DNA from: Candidatus Electronema halotolerans
GTDB taxonomy: Bacteria; Desulfobacterota; Desulfobulbia; Desulfobulbales; Desulfobulbaceae
Length of the DNA: 32,000 nucleotides
Assembly: GCA_942493095.1 (NCBI GenBank)
Contig: OW818675.1
Coordinates: 2,730,001-2,762,000, forward strand
Direction of reading: 5' to 3'
Shown here: piece after piece, positions 16,870-25,755 of the stretch
Layout of the letters: each line of letters opens with the position of its first letter
Position numbering within the stretch: position 1 is the first letter of the stretch
Notes under the pieces: generated by a model
Databases searched by the model: none
What the model was told of the DNA's origin: nothing
The model's input: the letters and a program-made list of their open reading frames with translations, nothing else
Position numbers and translations under genes: made by a program

Positions 16870-17244
16870 ATGCGGCGGATGATTATATTGTTTTTCTCTT
16901 TGCTGCTCTTGTCCAGCTGCTCCTACAAGCCGGTGCGCCATCTCGCCTCGGACGCAGCCCTGATCAAGGCGGGCAAATCCACCCGCGAGGACGTGCTGCG
17001 CTATCTGGGCGAGCCGGACAACCGCCGCACTATCGGGCCGGACGAGGAGGAATACCTCTACGCCGAGACCCGTAAAGGCGCACTCGGCAGCATGCCGCTC
17101 TTTGGCAAATTAGTGGATCCAGCCAGTCAGGAAATGGTGATTGTCACCCTGAAAGGCGGGACAGTGAGCAACTGCGAGTTCCGCCTCTTGCGCAAAGATG
17201 ATCAGGCGTGGCGGAAAGATGCGGACTGGGAAAAGGTGGAATAA
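16870..17244 (+). CDS. BamE/SmpA-OmlA-like outer-membrane lipoprotein
   Basis: GGAGG sits 7 nt before the ATG at 16870. Signal peptide with lipobox MRRMIILFFSLLLLSSC. KAGKSTREDVLRYLGEPD matches the G.t...V...LG.P core of SmpA/OmlA. Confidence 0.65.
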   Translation: MRRMIILFFSLLLLSSCSYKPVRHLASDAALIKAGKSTREDVLRYLGEPDNRRTIGPDEEEYLYAETRKGALGSMPLFGKLVDPASQEMVIVTLKGGTVSNCEFRLLRKDDQAWRKDADWEKVE

Positions 17245-17303
17245 GGCCTGAGCGGCTGGCACGAAGACGTGCAGACTGATGATCAGCACAGGAAGGTTAT
17301 AAA

Positions 17304-17930
17304 ATGATTGCCCATCTTTCCGGCATCCTCCTCAGCAAAGACCCTGCCGCGCTGGTCATCAACGTGCAGGGGGTCGGCTATGAGGTGCATGTCTCCAGCA
17401 GCACAGCCCGCAGCCTGCCGCCGCCTGGTGAAACAGTCTCGCTCCACATTCACACCAATGTGCGCGAGGATGCCATCACGCTGTACGGCTTCCCGGACAG
17501 CAGTCAGAAACGGCTTTTCCTCCTCCTCAACAGCGTCTCCGGGGTCGGCCCCAAGCTGGCCTTGGCCATTCTCTCCGGCATGGAGCCTGCCGAATTGTGC
17601 AATGCGGTCAACCTCAAGGATGTCAAACGCCTGACCGCCCTGCCCGGTGTGGGCAAAAAGACGGCGGAGCGGCTCTGTATGGAGCTGGCCGACAAAGTTG
17701 CCGCCTTTGCTGTGGAATTTGGCGGCCAAGCTGCGCTCAAGCCGCCCGGCCCAGTGCCGGTCAGCGAGGGCTTTGCCATGCAGGACGCAGCCTCAGCCTT
17801 GGTCAATCTCGGCTATCCGCAGGAAACCGCTTGGCAGGCCCTGCGCACTGTGCAGCAGGCTGATCCGGTCGCAGCAGCGGCCATGACAGCGGGCGAGCTG
17901 ATCCGCGTCGCTCTGCGCTCCTTGGCCTGA
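17304..17930 (+). CDS. ruvA: Holliday junction branch migration complex subunit RuvA
   Basis: MIAHLSGILLSK...VINVQGVGYEVHVS, tandem HhH region LLNSVSGVGPKLALAIL / LTALPGVGKKTAERL, and a C-terminal domain III. No ruvB follows. Confidence 0.92.
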   Translation: MIAHLSGILLSKDPAALVINVQGVGYEVHVSSSTARSLPPPGETVSLHIHTNVREDAITLYGFPDSSQKRLFLLLNSVSGVGPKLALAILSGMEPAELCNAVNLKDVKRLTALPGVGKKTAERLCMELADKVAAFAVEFGGQAALKPPGPVPVSEGFAMQDAASALVNLGYPQETAWQALRTVQQADPVAAAAMTAGELIRVALRSLA

Positions 17931-17951
17931 AGCGGGCTGCCCGAGCTGAGT

Positions 17952-17980
17952 CGCAGGTCACGGCAAACGCATGACCTGCG
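17952..17980. terminator. Hairpin between convergent ruvA and recD (9-bp stem CGCAGGTCA/TGACCTGCG, 11-nt loop)
   Basis: Perfect inverted repeat read from the sequence, located between two convergent stop codons. No clean U-tract on either side. Confidence 0.35.
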
Positions 17981-18014
17981 GATGCAAATCCTGTCAACAA
18001 AAGTGATACTGTGA

Positions 18015-19760
18015 TCACTTGCAGAAAAACAGCTTCTCCTCAAGCCCGGAATGCCGTCGGGTGCGGGAGCGCACTGCCGCTGCCAGTGTTTCGTGGTCAG
18101 CGCAGAGAATCAGCCTGCTTTTGGCGCGGGTGATGCCGGTGTAGAGCAGCTCCCGGCTGAGGACGCGGTTCTCCTCTTCTGGCAGGAGGAGCAACACCTG
18201 ATCAAACTCCGAGCCTTGCGCCTTATGCACTGTGACCGCGTAAGCAGTCTCGTGCTCTGGCAGCAGGGTGGGCGTGACCGGATGCAGGCTGTGGTCAGGC
18301 CGCCGGAACCACGCTTTAAGCCTGCCGTCTTGGTCGCGCCAAAGCAGGCCAGTGTCGCCGTTGAAGAGCTTGAGGTCGTAATGATTGCGCAGGATGATGA
18401 CAGGCCTGCCCTGATAGTCGCTGTCCCAGTTGATCAGCCCGGCCCGGCGCAGCACTTCCTCAGCAAGCCTGTTGACCGCCTCGGTCCCATTCGGCCCCTT
18501 ATGCACCGCACAGAGGAAGCGGAACCGCTCCATTGCCGCGAAGCCCTCTTCCAAGGATTTTGCTCCAGCCATGCCCTGAAAACCGGGCAGCATCTGCTTG
18601 CGCAGCCATGCCTCGCGTTCTTTGCCGGTGCAGTGTTCCAGCTCCAAATCAGCAAAGCCTGCGGCCAGCACCGCCTCAACCTCTTCCGGCGCGCCGTTGT
18701 TCACGGCTGCGGCCAGTTTGCCGATGCCGCTGCCTGCGTGAAAGCGATGGCCGGTGCGCAGCAGAATGCAGGAGTCGTCCATTGGCCCGCCTTGCCCTGC
18801 TGTGGCCGGAACATGCGCAGTGCCGGTGAGTTGTTGTAATTCTTTGCAAAGCTGGGGCGACCAAGCAGGTTCACCGCTGCCGCAGAGGTCGGCAAAAAGG
18901 CTGCCTGCCTCGACTGAGGCAAGCTGGTTGCGGTCGCCGAGCAGAATCAGCCGGGCTGACAGCGGCAGGCTCTCCAACAGGGCCGCCATCAGCATCACAT
19001 CAATCATTGAAGCTTCGTCCACAGCCAGCAGGTCAAGATCAAGGAGATTGTCGCGGTTGTGTCGGAATTCCTCAGCATCGGGCCGGGCACCGAGGAGCCG
19101 GTGCAGGGTCTGGGCCTGCTCCGGCACGTGGCGGCCCAGTTCATCTGGCAGGGCATGGCGGGCGGCGCGGATGGATTCCTCCAAGCGGGCTGCGGCCTTG
19201 CCAGTCGGGGCGGCCAAGGCCATGCGCAGCGGTCTCGACCCATTGTGCGTGGCTTGCAGCAGGGCAAGAATGCGGGCCGCTGTATATGTCTTGCCTGTGC
19301 CTGGCCCGCCGGAAATCACTAAGAGCGGCTTGAGCAGGGCCATTGCGGCGGCTGTTTGCTGCAAATCCGGGCGGTCGGCTGAATGCGGAAAAAGCCGCTC
19401 CAGCAGAGGCCGGGCGGTCTGCGGATCAGCCAAGCTGGTCTCCTTAGCCCGCCGGAGCAGCTCACAGGCAATCAGCTCCTCCGCCTTATGAAAACGATGC
19501 AGATACAGGCGGTTCTGCTGATCAAGAATCAGGGGGGCAGTCTCGCCGGGCTGGCCGACCACGCCGCTCCGCAGCAGACTGCGCCGCCACTGCTGCGGCT
19601 CCGGCAGAAGAGCGGGCGGCAGGCTGAACGGCAAGGCCTCGCGCTCGGCCAGCGGCCAGCAGACATGACCGCTGCCTGCCGCCGCGCTGGCAAGGGTTGC
19701 GGCAAGGAGCAGCTCAGGTTCTTTCCTGCTTTGGGCCGATTTGCCAGCCTGCTTTTCCAA
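18015..19760 (-). CDS. recD: Exodeoxyribonuclease V alpha subunit RecD (true start probably upstream; see finding)
   Basis: GSGHVCWPL, Walker A GGPGTGKTYT, LAAPTGKAAARL, AVDEASMID, LLGDRNQLASVEAG, RFHAGSGIG and AVTVHKAQGSEFD follow E. coli RecD along the whole length. The track start is a TTG, and RecD-like sequence continues upstream of it. Confidence 0.9.
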   Translation of the reverse strand: MEKQAGKSAQSRKEPELLLAATLASAAAGSGHVCWPLAEREALPFSLPPALLPEPQQWRRSLLRSGVVGQPGETAPLILDQQNRLYLHRFHKAEELIACELLRRAKETSLADPQTARPLLERLFPHSADRPDLQQTAAAMALLKPLLVISGGPGTGKTYTAARILALLQATHNGSRPLRMALAAPTGKAAARLEESIRAARHALPDELGRHVPEQAQTLHRLLGARPDAEEFRHNRDNLLDLDLLAVDEASMIDVMLMAALLESLPLSARLILLGDRNQLASVEAGSLFADLCGSGEPAWSPQLCKELQQLTGTAHVPATAGQGGPMDDSCILLRTGHRFHAGSGIGKLAAAVNNGAPEEVEAVLAAGFADLELEHCTGKEREAWLRKQMLPGFQGMAGAKSLEEGFAAMERFRFLCAVHKGPNGTEAVNRLAEEVLRRAGLINWDSDYQGRPVIILRNHYDLKLFNGDTGLLWRDQDGRLKAWFRRPDHSLHPVTPTLLPEHETAYAVTVHKAQGSEFDQVLLLLPEEENRVLSRELLYTGITRAKSRLILCADHETLAAAVRSRTRRHSGLEEKLFFCK

Positions 19761-19928
19761 AAAGAGGCCAAGGTGCAGATCGAGCGGACGGATTTCTCCC
19801 TGCTCGCAGGCCTGCTCCAGCAGAAGAGAGATGAGGAGAGTGCTTTTCAGGGGAGCTTGTTCTGAGGGAGGAAAGACAGACAGCGGGTCCCGGCTTGGTC
19901 AGCCAAGACCCGCAGGCGGGACAGCGGC

Positions 19929-20180
19929 TTACTTCTTTTTCTTGCCAGAAGCCCGCTTGGCTGCCTTGAGCGGATTGAGCTTGACTACAGCCACTTGGAT
20001 TTCCGGCTTGGCGTGGGTGGCCAAGTTGCAGAAACCCAGCCGCCATTTTGCCGCCGGTTTCATGAAGGTGCCGCAGTACTGGCTGCCGCCCTCTTCAACC
20101 ATGCGGTCGCAGCCGCTGCATTTTTCAATGACCGGCTGAAAGCCGCCGGAGCTGTATTTTTTCGCGCTGCTGCTCTGCAT
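19929..20180 (-). CDS. PxxKW-family cysteine-rich small protein
   Basis: 83 aa from MQSSSAKKY, with GGAGG 8 nt upstream of the ATG at 20180. Contains CSGCDRMVEEGGSQYCGTFMKPAAKWRLGFCNLATH with the PAAKW signature, and a lysine-rich tail. Confidence 0.7.
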   Translation of the reverse strand: MQSSSAKKYSSGGFQPVIEKCSGCDRMVEEGGSQYCGTFMKPAAKWRLGFCNLATHAKPEIQVAVVKLNPLKAAKRASGKKKK

Positions 20181-20263
20181 TGGGTGAACCTCCTGAAAAA
20201 ATATATATTTTCCTTGAACAGAGAAAGAATCTTGCATACAATAAGAAAATCTGTGACAGAGAG

Positions 20264-20277
20264 CCATTTATAAATGG
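20264..20277. promoter_or_regulatory. Perfect 14-bp AT-rich palindrome CCATTTATAAATGG in the divergent PxxKW/pilC intergenic region
   Basis: Self-complementary sequence read directly. It lies 59 nt upstream of the pilC ATG. Candidate operator or bending-protein site. Confidence 0.2.
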
Positions 20278-20335
20278 TATTGAGGCGACTGTCAACAGTT
20301 TGTCCTGAAAAACACATCACTCTGGAGTCTGAGCA

Positions 20336-21541
20336 ATGCCGGTCTATGTCTGGAAGGGAAAGAACTCGCTTGGCAACAAGATCAAAGGCGAGCTGGAGGC
20401 GGTCAACGAGGCAGGGGCGCAGGGCCAGCTCAAGCGGCTGCGCATTCAAAATCCAATCATCAAGGAGAAGCCCAAGGACCTGTTCGCCAACGTGGCCTTT
20501 CTCCAGCCGAAAGTCACTGGCAAGGACATTGTCGTCTTCACCCGGATGCTGTCAACCATGATTGACGCGGGCCTGCCCTTGGTGCAGAGCCTCCAGATTC
20601 TTTCCAAGCAGCAGGACAATGCCTCTTTCAAACGGGCGCTGACCGAGATACTCAGCGATGTCGAAACCGGCATGACGCTGGCCGACGGCATGCGCAAACA
20701 TCCAAAAATATTTGATGATTTGTTCGCCAACATGATTGAGGCCGGTGAATTAGGCGGCATTTTGGACACCATCCTCAGCCGCTTGGCAGGGTTCAAGGAA
20801 AAGTCCATGGCCTTGCAGCAAAAGATCAAAGGCGCCATGACCTATCCGGTCATCGTCATTGGCGTTGCCATCCTTATTGTCGGCATCATCATGGTCTTCG
20901 TCATCCCGGTTTTTCAGGAGATGTTTGCCAGCATGGGCGGCGCGCTGCCCATGCCGACCCAGATTGTTGTTAATATAAGCGAGTTCTTAAAATCGAATAT
21001 TATCTATATAGGAATTGGGCTTTGGCTGCTCGCTTTTGCGGTTAAGAAATATTACGGCACGGAAAAAGGACAGATGCAAATTGATGCCATGCTGCTGCAG
21101 GCACCGGTTTTCGGCCCGCTGATCCGCAAGGTGGCAGTGGCCAAGTTCACCCGCACCCTGAGCACCATGCTGGAAAGCGGCGTGCCGATCCTTGATGCCC
21201 TCCAAGTTGTGGCCAAGACTGCGGGCAACAAGATCATCGAACAGGCCGTTGTCCATGTGGCCAACTCGATTGCTGAAGGCCGCCCGATTGCCGAGCCGCT
21301 GGAGGAATCCGGCGTGTTTCCAACAATGGTGGTGCAGATGATCAATGTCGGCGAGTCAGTCGGCGCGCTTGATTCCATGCTGTCCAAGATCGCCGACTTC
21401 TATGACGAGGAGGTTGATCAGGCCGTGGAAAACATGACCGCCATGATCGAACCATTCATGATGGTCTTTCTCGGTGTCACCATCGGCACCTTGGTTGTGG
21501 CCATGTATCTGCCGATCTTCAAAATGGCGGGCAATCTCTGA
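20336..21541 (+). CDS. pilC: Type IV pilus assembly platform protein PilC / type II secretion system F family
   Basis: 401 aa starting MPVYVWKGKNSLGNKIKGELEA (typical PilC N-terminus), with two T2SSF repeats (TRMLSTMIDAGLPLVQSL and TRTLSTMLESGVPILDAL) and 3 TM segments. Confidence 0.9.
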   Translation: MPVYVWKGKNSLGNKIKGELEAVNEAGAQGQLKRLRIQNPIIKEKPKDLFANVAFLQPKVTGKDIVVFTRMLSTMIDAGLPLVQSLQILSKQQDNASFKRALTEILSDVETGMTLADGMRKHPKIFDDLFANMIEAGELGGILDTILSRLAGFKEKSMALQQKIKGAMTYPVIVIGVAILIVGIIMVFVIPVFQEMFASMGGALPMPTQIVVNISEFLKSNIIYIGIGLWLLAFAVKKYYGTEKGQMQIDAMLLQAPVFGPLIRKVAVAKFTRTLSTMLESGVPILDALQVVAKTAGNKIIEQAVVHVANSIAEGRPIAEPLEESGVFPTMVVQMINVGESVGALDSMLSKIADFYDEEVDQAVENMTAMIEPFMMVFLGVTIGTLVVAMYLPIFKMAGNL

Positions 21542-21587
21542 TGGCGGCAAAAAAAAGCGACCGGTTGCCGATCATTCTTGATAATGA

Positions 21588-21616
21588 TTGACATTCCCAT
21601 TAATTTCCCGTACTGT
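21588..21616 (+). promoter_or_regulatory. Sigma-70-like promoter TTGACA-17-TACTGT upstream of the IHF/HU gene
   Basis: -35 TTGACA at 21588-21593, a 17-nt spacer, and -10 TACTGT at 21611-21616. GGAGA RBS before the ATG at 21661. Confidence 0.4.
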
Positions 21617-21660
21617 TGCAGCAGGTTGCAGATCAATAACATCGACAGGAGAACACGTTC

Positions 21661-21945
21661 ATGACCCTGACAAAAGCAAATCTGATTCAAGCTGTCTATA
21701 AGAAGCATCCCGGCCTGACCAAGACGCAGGCCGCTGATTCGGTTGAGACCTTCATTCAACTGGTCAAGGAGTCCCTGATCAGCGGCGAAGACCTGCTCCT
21801 CAGCGGCTTTGGCAAATTCAATGTCAAGGACAAGAAGCCCCGGCGCGGGCGCAATCCGCAAACTGGCGATGAGCTGATCTTGGATGCCCGGCGGGTGGTG
21901 ACCTTCAAACCGTCCGGGATACTGCGCAGCAAGATCAATCAGTAG
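21661..21945 (+). CDS. ihfA: Integration host factor alpha-like / HU-family DNA-binding protein
   Basis: 94 aa: MTLTKANLIQAVYKK...GFGKFNVKDKKPRRGRNPQTGDELILDARRVVTFKPS, the canonical IHF/HU beta-arm motif. Its 3' end overlaps the convergent ribD by 11 nt. Confidence 0.88.
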   Translation: MTLTKANLIQAVYKKHPGLTKTQAADSVETFIQLVKESLISGEDLLLSGFGKFNVKDKKPRRGRNPQTGDELILDARRVVTFKPSGILRSKINQ

Positions 21946-23041
21946 AAGTGACTCGTATTGGCTGCTCCTGCACCAGACCGTGCAGGAGCAGATCGTTGCC
22001 CAGTGTTTCCGTCTTGATTTCCTTCAGCAGCACCTCCGGCGCACTGCCTGTGAAAAGCGGTGTTCCGCGCTCGCCAAGAAAATGTGGAGCCAGAAAAAGA
22101 AAGGCCTGGTCGATCAGTCCAGCCCGCAGAAAGGCTCCATGCACTGCCGCGCCTCCCTCGACCAGCACTGATGTGATATCCCTCTGTCCCAGACAGCGCA
22201 GCACCTGACGCAGGTCAAGCCGTCCATCTTGATTCGTGTCAATTGGATGGATCACTGCGCCTGCCTGTTCCAGCAGGCTTCGCCGTTCAAGAGGAGCATC
22301 CTTGCGGCAGAAAATCCATGTTTGCGCTGCTGATTCCTGCTGCAGCATCTGAGCATCCGGCGGCAGGCGGAGCTGACTGTCCAGCACCACCCGGAGTGGA
22401 TCGCGGCCATCTTCCAAACGGCAGGTGAGATTGGGATTGTCAATCAGAGCAGTGCCAATGCCGATGAGAATGGCATCCAATTCGTTGCGCAGTTCATGCA
22501 CCCGCTGCCATGACTCCGGCCCGGTGATGGCTCCGCCTTGGCCTCGTTCCCGGCTGATTCTGCCGTCCAAGCTCATGCCCGCCTTCATCACTGCCCACGG
22601 CAGACCAGTGCGTGAATGCTTGAGAAAAGGATAGTTGAGCTGGCGGCATTCCTGTTCCAGCAAACCGATTTCCACAGTCACGCCTTGACTGCGGAGAAAG
22701 TCCACCCCGCCAGCGGCAGCAGGATTGGGATCGGCCATGCCGACCACCACCCGCTGGATGCCTGCGGCCAAAACTGCCCGACTGCACGGCGGGGTTCTGC
22801 CAGTGTGATTGCACGGCTCCAAGGTGACGTAGAGCGTGGCTCCGGCGCAGGCCGCTCCGGCATCAGCAATGGCATGAACCTCAGCATGAGCTGTGCCAGC
22901 TTTTTGATGCCAGCCAGTGCCGATCACCTGCCCGTCCTGAACCAAAACTGCCCCGACGCAGGGATTGGGCGCAGTCCGGCCTTTGCCCTTCTTGGCCAGC
23001 TCCAAGGCCAAGCGCATGAAACGGAGATCAGCTTCGCGCAT
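21935..23041 (-). CDS. ribD: Bifunctional riboflavin biosynthesis protein RibD (pyrimidine deaminase / uracil reductase)
   Basis: From MREADLRFMRLALELAKKGKGRTAPNPCVGAVLV: deaminase zinc motifs HAEV and PCNHTGRTPPC, then a RibD_C-like reductase half. The 35-codon upstream extension in the track overlaps nrdR and is not RibD-like. Confidence 0.9.
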   Translation of the reverse strand: MREADLRFMRLALELAKKGKGRTAPNPCVGAVLVQDGQVIGTGWHQKAGTAHAEVHAIADAGAACAGATLYVTLEPCNHTGRTPPCSRAVLAAGIQRVVVGMADPNPAAAGGVDFLRSQGVTVEIGLLEQECRQLNYPFLKHSRTGLPWAVMKAGMSLDGRISRERGQGGAITGPESWQRVHELRNELDAILIGIGTALIDNPNLTCRLEDGRDPLRVVLDSQLRLPPDAQMLQQESAAQTWIFCRKDAPLERRSLLEQAGAVIHPIDTNQDGRLDLRQVLRCLGQRDITSVLVEGGAAVHGAFLRAGLIDQAFLFLAPHFLGERGTPLFTGSAPEVLLKEIKTETLGNDLLLHGLVQEQPIRVTSTD

Positions 23042-23501
23042 CACCCTTGTTTTTGTCGAGCACGTGCTTGAGTTCATCCATGAATTCGCTGACATCCTTG
23101 AACTGCCGATAAACCGAGGCAAAGCGGACATAGGCAACCACATCAAGATCAGGCAGGGCCTCCATCACCCATTCGCCGAGCTGGGAAGTGGGCACTTCCT
23201 TGCCGCCGGTGTCCTGCAGCCTGCGTTCGATCTGATCAACAAAGGCATCAAGCTGCTCCATGCTCACGGGCAGCTTTTCGCAGGCTTTTTCAAGACCAAG
23301 CAGCATCTTGCCCCGGTCCCACGGCTCGCGGCGGCCATCCTTTTTCACCAGCATGGGCATGGTCATCTCAATGCGCTCATAAGTGGTGAAACGCTGCTCG
23401 CAGGAGAGGCAGTGCCGCCGCCGCCGGGTGATGGTGCCGTCCCGGCTCAGGCGGGAATCAATCACCCTGTTGTCCAAGTTGCCGCAGTAAGGGCACTTCA
23501 T
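23028..23501 (-). CDS. nrdR: Transcriptional repressor NrdR
   Basis: MKCPYCGNLDNRVIDSR...RRRRHCLSCEQRFTTYE zinc ribbon plus an ATP-cone. Starts 1 nt after the glyA stop. Confidence 0.93.
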   Translation of the reverse strand: MKCPYCGNLDNRVIDSRLSRDGTITRRRRHCLSCEQRFTTYERIEMTMPMLVKKDGRREPWDRGKMLLGLEKACEKLPVSMEQLDAFVDQIERRLQDTGGKEVPTSQLGEWVMEALPDLDVVAYVRFASVYRQFKDVSEFMDELKHVLDKNKGDARS

Positions 23502-23502
23502 G

Positions 23503-24762
23503 CTACTTGCCCTCCTTGTCCCGCACCATCTCAGGATAAAGGGGAAAGACCTCGCAGAGCTGGCGCACTTCCTGCCGCACTGTGCTGATTTCCGCCGGGC
23601 TTCTTGCAGTCAAAATACGGTTGATCCAGTCGCCGATTTGACGCATTTCCGGCTCCTTCAGACCTCTGGTGGTCACAGACGGGGTGCCGATGCGGATGCC
23701 GCTGGTGACAAAGCGCGGCTGGGTGTCAAACGGAATGGCGTTCTTGTTGACTGTCAGCCCGGCCTCTTCCAGCAGATGTTCCGCGTCCTTGCCAGTCAGC
23801 CCCTTGCTGCTCAGATCGATGAGTATGAGATGGTTGTCCGTGCCGCCAGAAACTATGCGGAAGCCGTGCTCCTTGAGCCGTTCAGCCAGCACCTTGGCAT
23901 TGGTGACAACCTGCTGCTGGTACTGGCGATATTCCTCAGTCATCGCCTCCTTGAAGCCAACCGCCTTGGCCGCAATCACATGGACCAGCGGTCCGCCCTG
24001 AATGCCTGGGAAGATGTTGGAATCTAATCCCTTGGCATATTTTTTCTTGGCTAAAATCAGGCCGCCGCGTGGCCCGCGCAGGGTTTTGTGGGTGGTGGTG
24101 GTGACAAAGTCAGCATAAGGCACTGGCGACGGATGCACTCCGGCAGCGACCAGCCCGGCAATATGGGCCATATCCACCATCAGCAGCGCGCCAATCTGGT
24201 CGGCAATATGGCGGAAGGCTTCAAAATCAATGAGGCGCGGATAGGCACTGGCCCCGGCCACGATCATTTTGGGCCGATTCTCAAAGGCGACCCGCTCCAC
24301 CTCAGCCATATCAATGGTTTCAGTGTCGCGCTTCACACCGTAGGAAAGGAAGTTGAAGAGCTTACCGGAAAAGGAAACTGCCGCGCCGTGGGTGAGGTGA
24401 CCGCCGTGCGCCAAGTCCATGCCCAGCACTTTGTCACCCGGCTTGAGGGCGGAAAAATAGACGGCCATGTTGGCTTGGCTGCCGGAATGCGGTTGGACAT
24501 TGGCGTATTCAGCACCAAAAATTTCCATTGCCCGCTCAATGGCCAACGATTCCACCTTGTCGGCGTAGTCGCAGCCGCCGTAGTAGCGTCTGCCTGGATA
24601 GCCTTCAGCGTATTTGTTGGTGAAAATAGAGCCTTGCGCCTCCAGCACCGCCGGAGAGGCTATATTTTCCGAGGCGATCAGCTCCAGCTGGTTGGCTTGG
24701 CGTTCCAGCTCATGCTGCATACACTGATAAACATCCGGGTCTGTTTCTTTTAATGCAGTCAT
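23503..24762 (-). CDS. glyA: Serine hydroxymethyltransferase
   Basis: 419 aa with [23 protein letters not shown] and the PLP-lysine context [14 protein letters not shown]. Confidence 0.95.
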   Translation of the reverse strand: MTALKETDPDVYQCMQHELERQANQLELIASENIASPAVLEAQGSIFTNKYAEGYPGRRYYGGCDYADKVESLAIERAMEIFGAEYANVQPHSGSQANMAVYFSALKPGDKVLGMDLAHGGHLTHGAAVSFSGKLFNFLSYGVKRDTETIDMAEVERVAFENRPKMIVAGASAYPRLIDFEAFRHIADQIGALLMVDMAHIAGLVAAGVHPSPVPYADFVTTTTHKTLRGPRGGLILAKKKYAKGLDSNIFPGIQGGPLVHVIAAKAVGFKEAMTEEYRQYQQQVVTNAKVLAERLKEHGFRIVSGGTDNHLILIDLSSKGLTGKDAEHLLEEAGLTVNKNAIPFDTQPRFVTSGIRIGTPSVTTRGLKEPEMRQIGDWINRILTARSPAEISTVRQEVRQLCEVFPLYPEMVRDKEGK

Positions 24763-24892
24763 AAAGATAACTCTTTGGAATTACGCTGTATCTGAAGCAG
24801 GATAGGATAAAATGAGTGACTGCATGGCATCCATGCTTGCCGTTGGTCACTAAAACAGAGCAAATTCTTTCAGCTTCGCATTTAAGGTGCCA

Positions 24893-24921
24893 ATAATACA
24901 AAAATTGCTTTATCCTGTCAA
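24893..24921 (-). promoter_or_regulatory. Sigma-70-like promoter TTGACA-17-TATTAT for the glyA-nrdR-ribD operon
   Basis: Minus strand reads TTGACAggataaagcaatttttgTATTAT. It would give a ~125-nt leader before the glyA ATG at 24762. Confidence 0.45.
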
Positions 24922-24951
24922 CTTGTCTGATGTTTTTTTGCAGGTGCAATC

Positions 24952-25719
24952 TCAACCGGCAAGATCGCGCCGGAGCCGGTCAAAGAAGCGGCCAACTTGG
25001 CGCGGATGATGAGCATCAGAACCGACGATCAGAGGAATGCCCATTGCTGCGGCCTGTCTGATGATGTCCAAGCGGGGATAAGGCTGAGGACGGATTTCAT
25101 AGCCGGAGGTGTTCACCTCCAAGGCAATGCCTTTGTCCCGCATGAGCCGGAGCAGCACGCTGATCTGCTCCTGATGGCGGCTGCTGAGGCGGATATCTGG
25201 CAGATGGCGCAGGGCTGCGTCAAGATGGCAGAGCTTGTCGCAGGGAATTTCGGCGCAGGCTTGAATCAGGCTGCGGAAATAGTCCTCCAGCACTTTGTCC
25301 GGGTTGAGCACCAGCAGCGCGTCAATATGCTGCTGTCTGCTGCTGAGAAGATTGAGATGGCGGCTGCCGTCAAAATAGAAATGACAGGACAGCCCCCGGT
25401 GCTCAAAGGGAAAGCGGTCTAAGACCGCCCGCAGCTCATCCGCAGCGGCAGCGTTCCAGCCGATCTCCACTCCCAATCTGATCGTGATCTGATCAGCATA
25501 TTGCACCCGCAGCCGCTCGCCTTCCTGAAAATAACCAATGAACAGCTCCGGCGTGAGCCATATCTGCTGCTCATAATGAAGACCGCATTCCAGATGCTCC
25601 AGAAAGGTCAGGGCGCGAAAGCCCTTGTTCAGCGCAGCTTGGACATAGTCCTCCATTTCGCCGGAGGCATGATTGCAGAACTTGGTATGAACATGGTGAT
25701 CACCGCTGAGGTCAGGCAT
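24952..25719 (-). CDS. HisJ-family PHP-domain histidinol-phosphatase-like protein
   Basis: DHHVHTKFCNHASG, FLEHLE and a C-terminal GSDAHHP are PHP/HisJ motifs. GAGG sits 8 nt before the ATG at 25719; the track start at 25728 is GTG. Confidence 0.8.
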   Translation of the reverse strand: MPDLSGDHHVHTKFCNHASGEMEDYVQAALNKGFRALTFLEHLECGLHYEQQIWLTPELFIGYFQEGERLRVQYADQITIRLGVEIGWNAAAADELRAVLDRFPFEHRGLSCHFYFDGSRHLNLLSSRQQHIDALLVLNPDKVLEDYFRSLIQACAEIPCDKLCHLDAALRHLPDIRLSSRHQEQISVLLRLMRDKGIALEVNTSGYEIRPQPYPRLDIIRQAAAMGIPLIVGSDAHHPRQVGRFFDRLRRDLAG

Positions 25720-25755
25720 GAGCAGCACCTCAGCGGCGGGAAGAGAAACAGGGCA

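Noticed and set aside
15715-16941. 408-aa minus-strand ORF opposite purM
   Set aside because: Antisense shadow of purM with no domain signatures. purM motifs on the plus strand are unambiguous.
17257-17273. Sigma-54-like TGGCACGaagaCGTGCA upstream of ruvA
   Set aside because: The GG-to-GC spacing is 11 nt rather than the required 10, and the -12 region is poor.
18051-19491. 262-aa and 245-aa plus-strand ORFs opposite recD
   Set aside because: Antisense shadows. They are Arg/Ser/Ala-rich low-complexity translations with no motifs.
21935-21945. 11-nt overlap of the convergent ihfA-like and ribD 3' ends
   Set aside because: Short convergent overlaps are common and need no special explanation.
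24763-24892. ZTP/pfl or glycine riboswitch before glyA
   Set aside because: The conserved ZTP core (GGGTCGTGACTGGCG ... CCGCCTGGGCA-type) and glycine-riboswitch cores are not visible. The structure is reported only as an unassigned hairpin.
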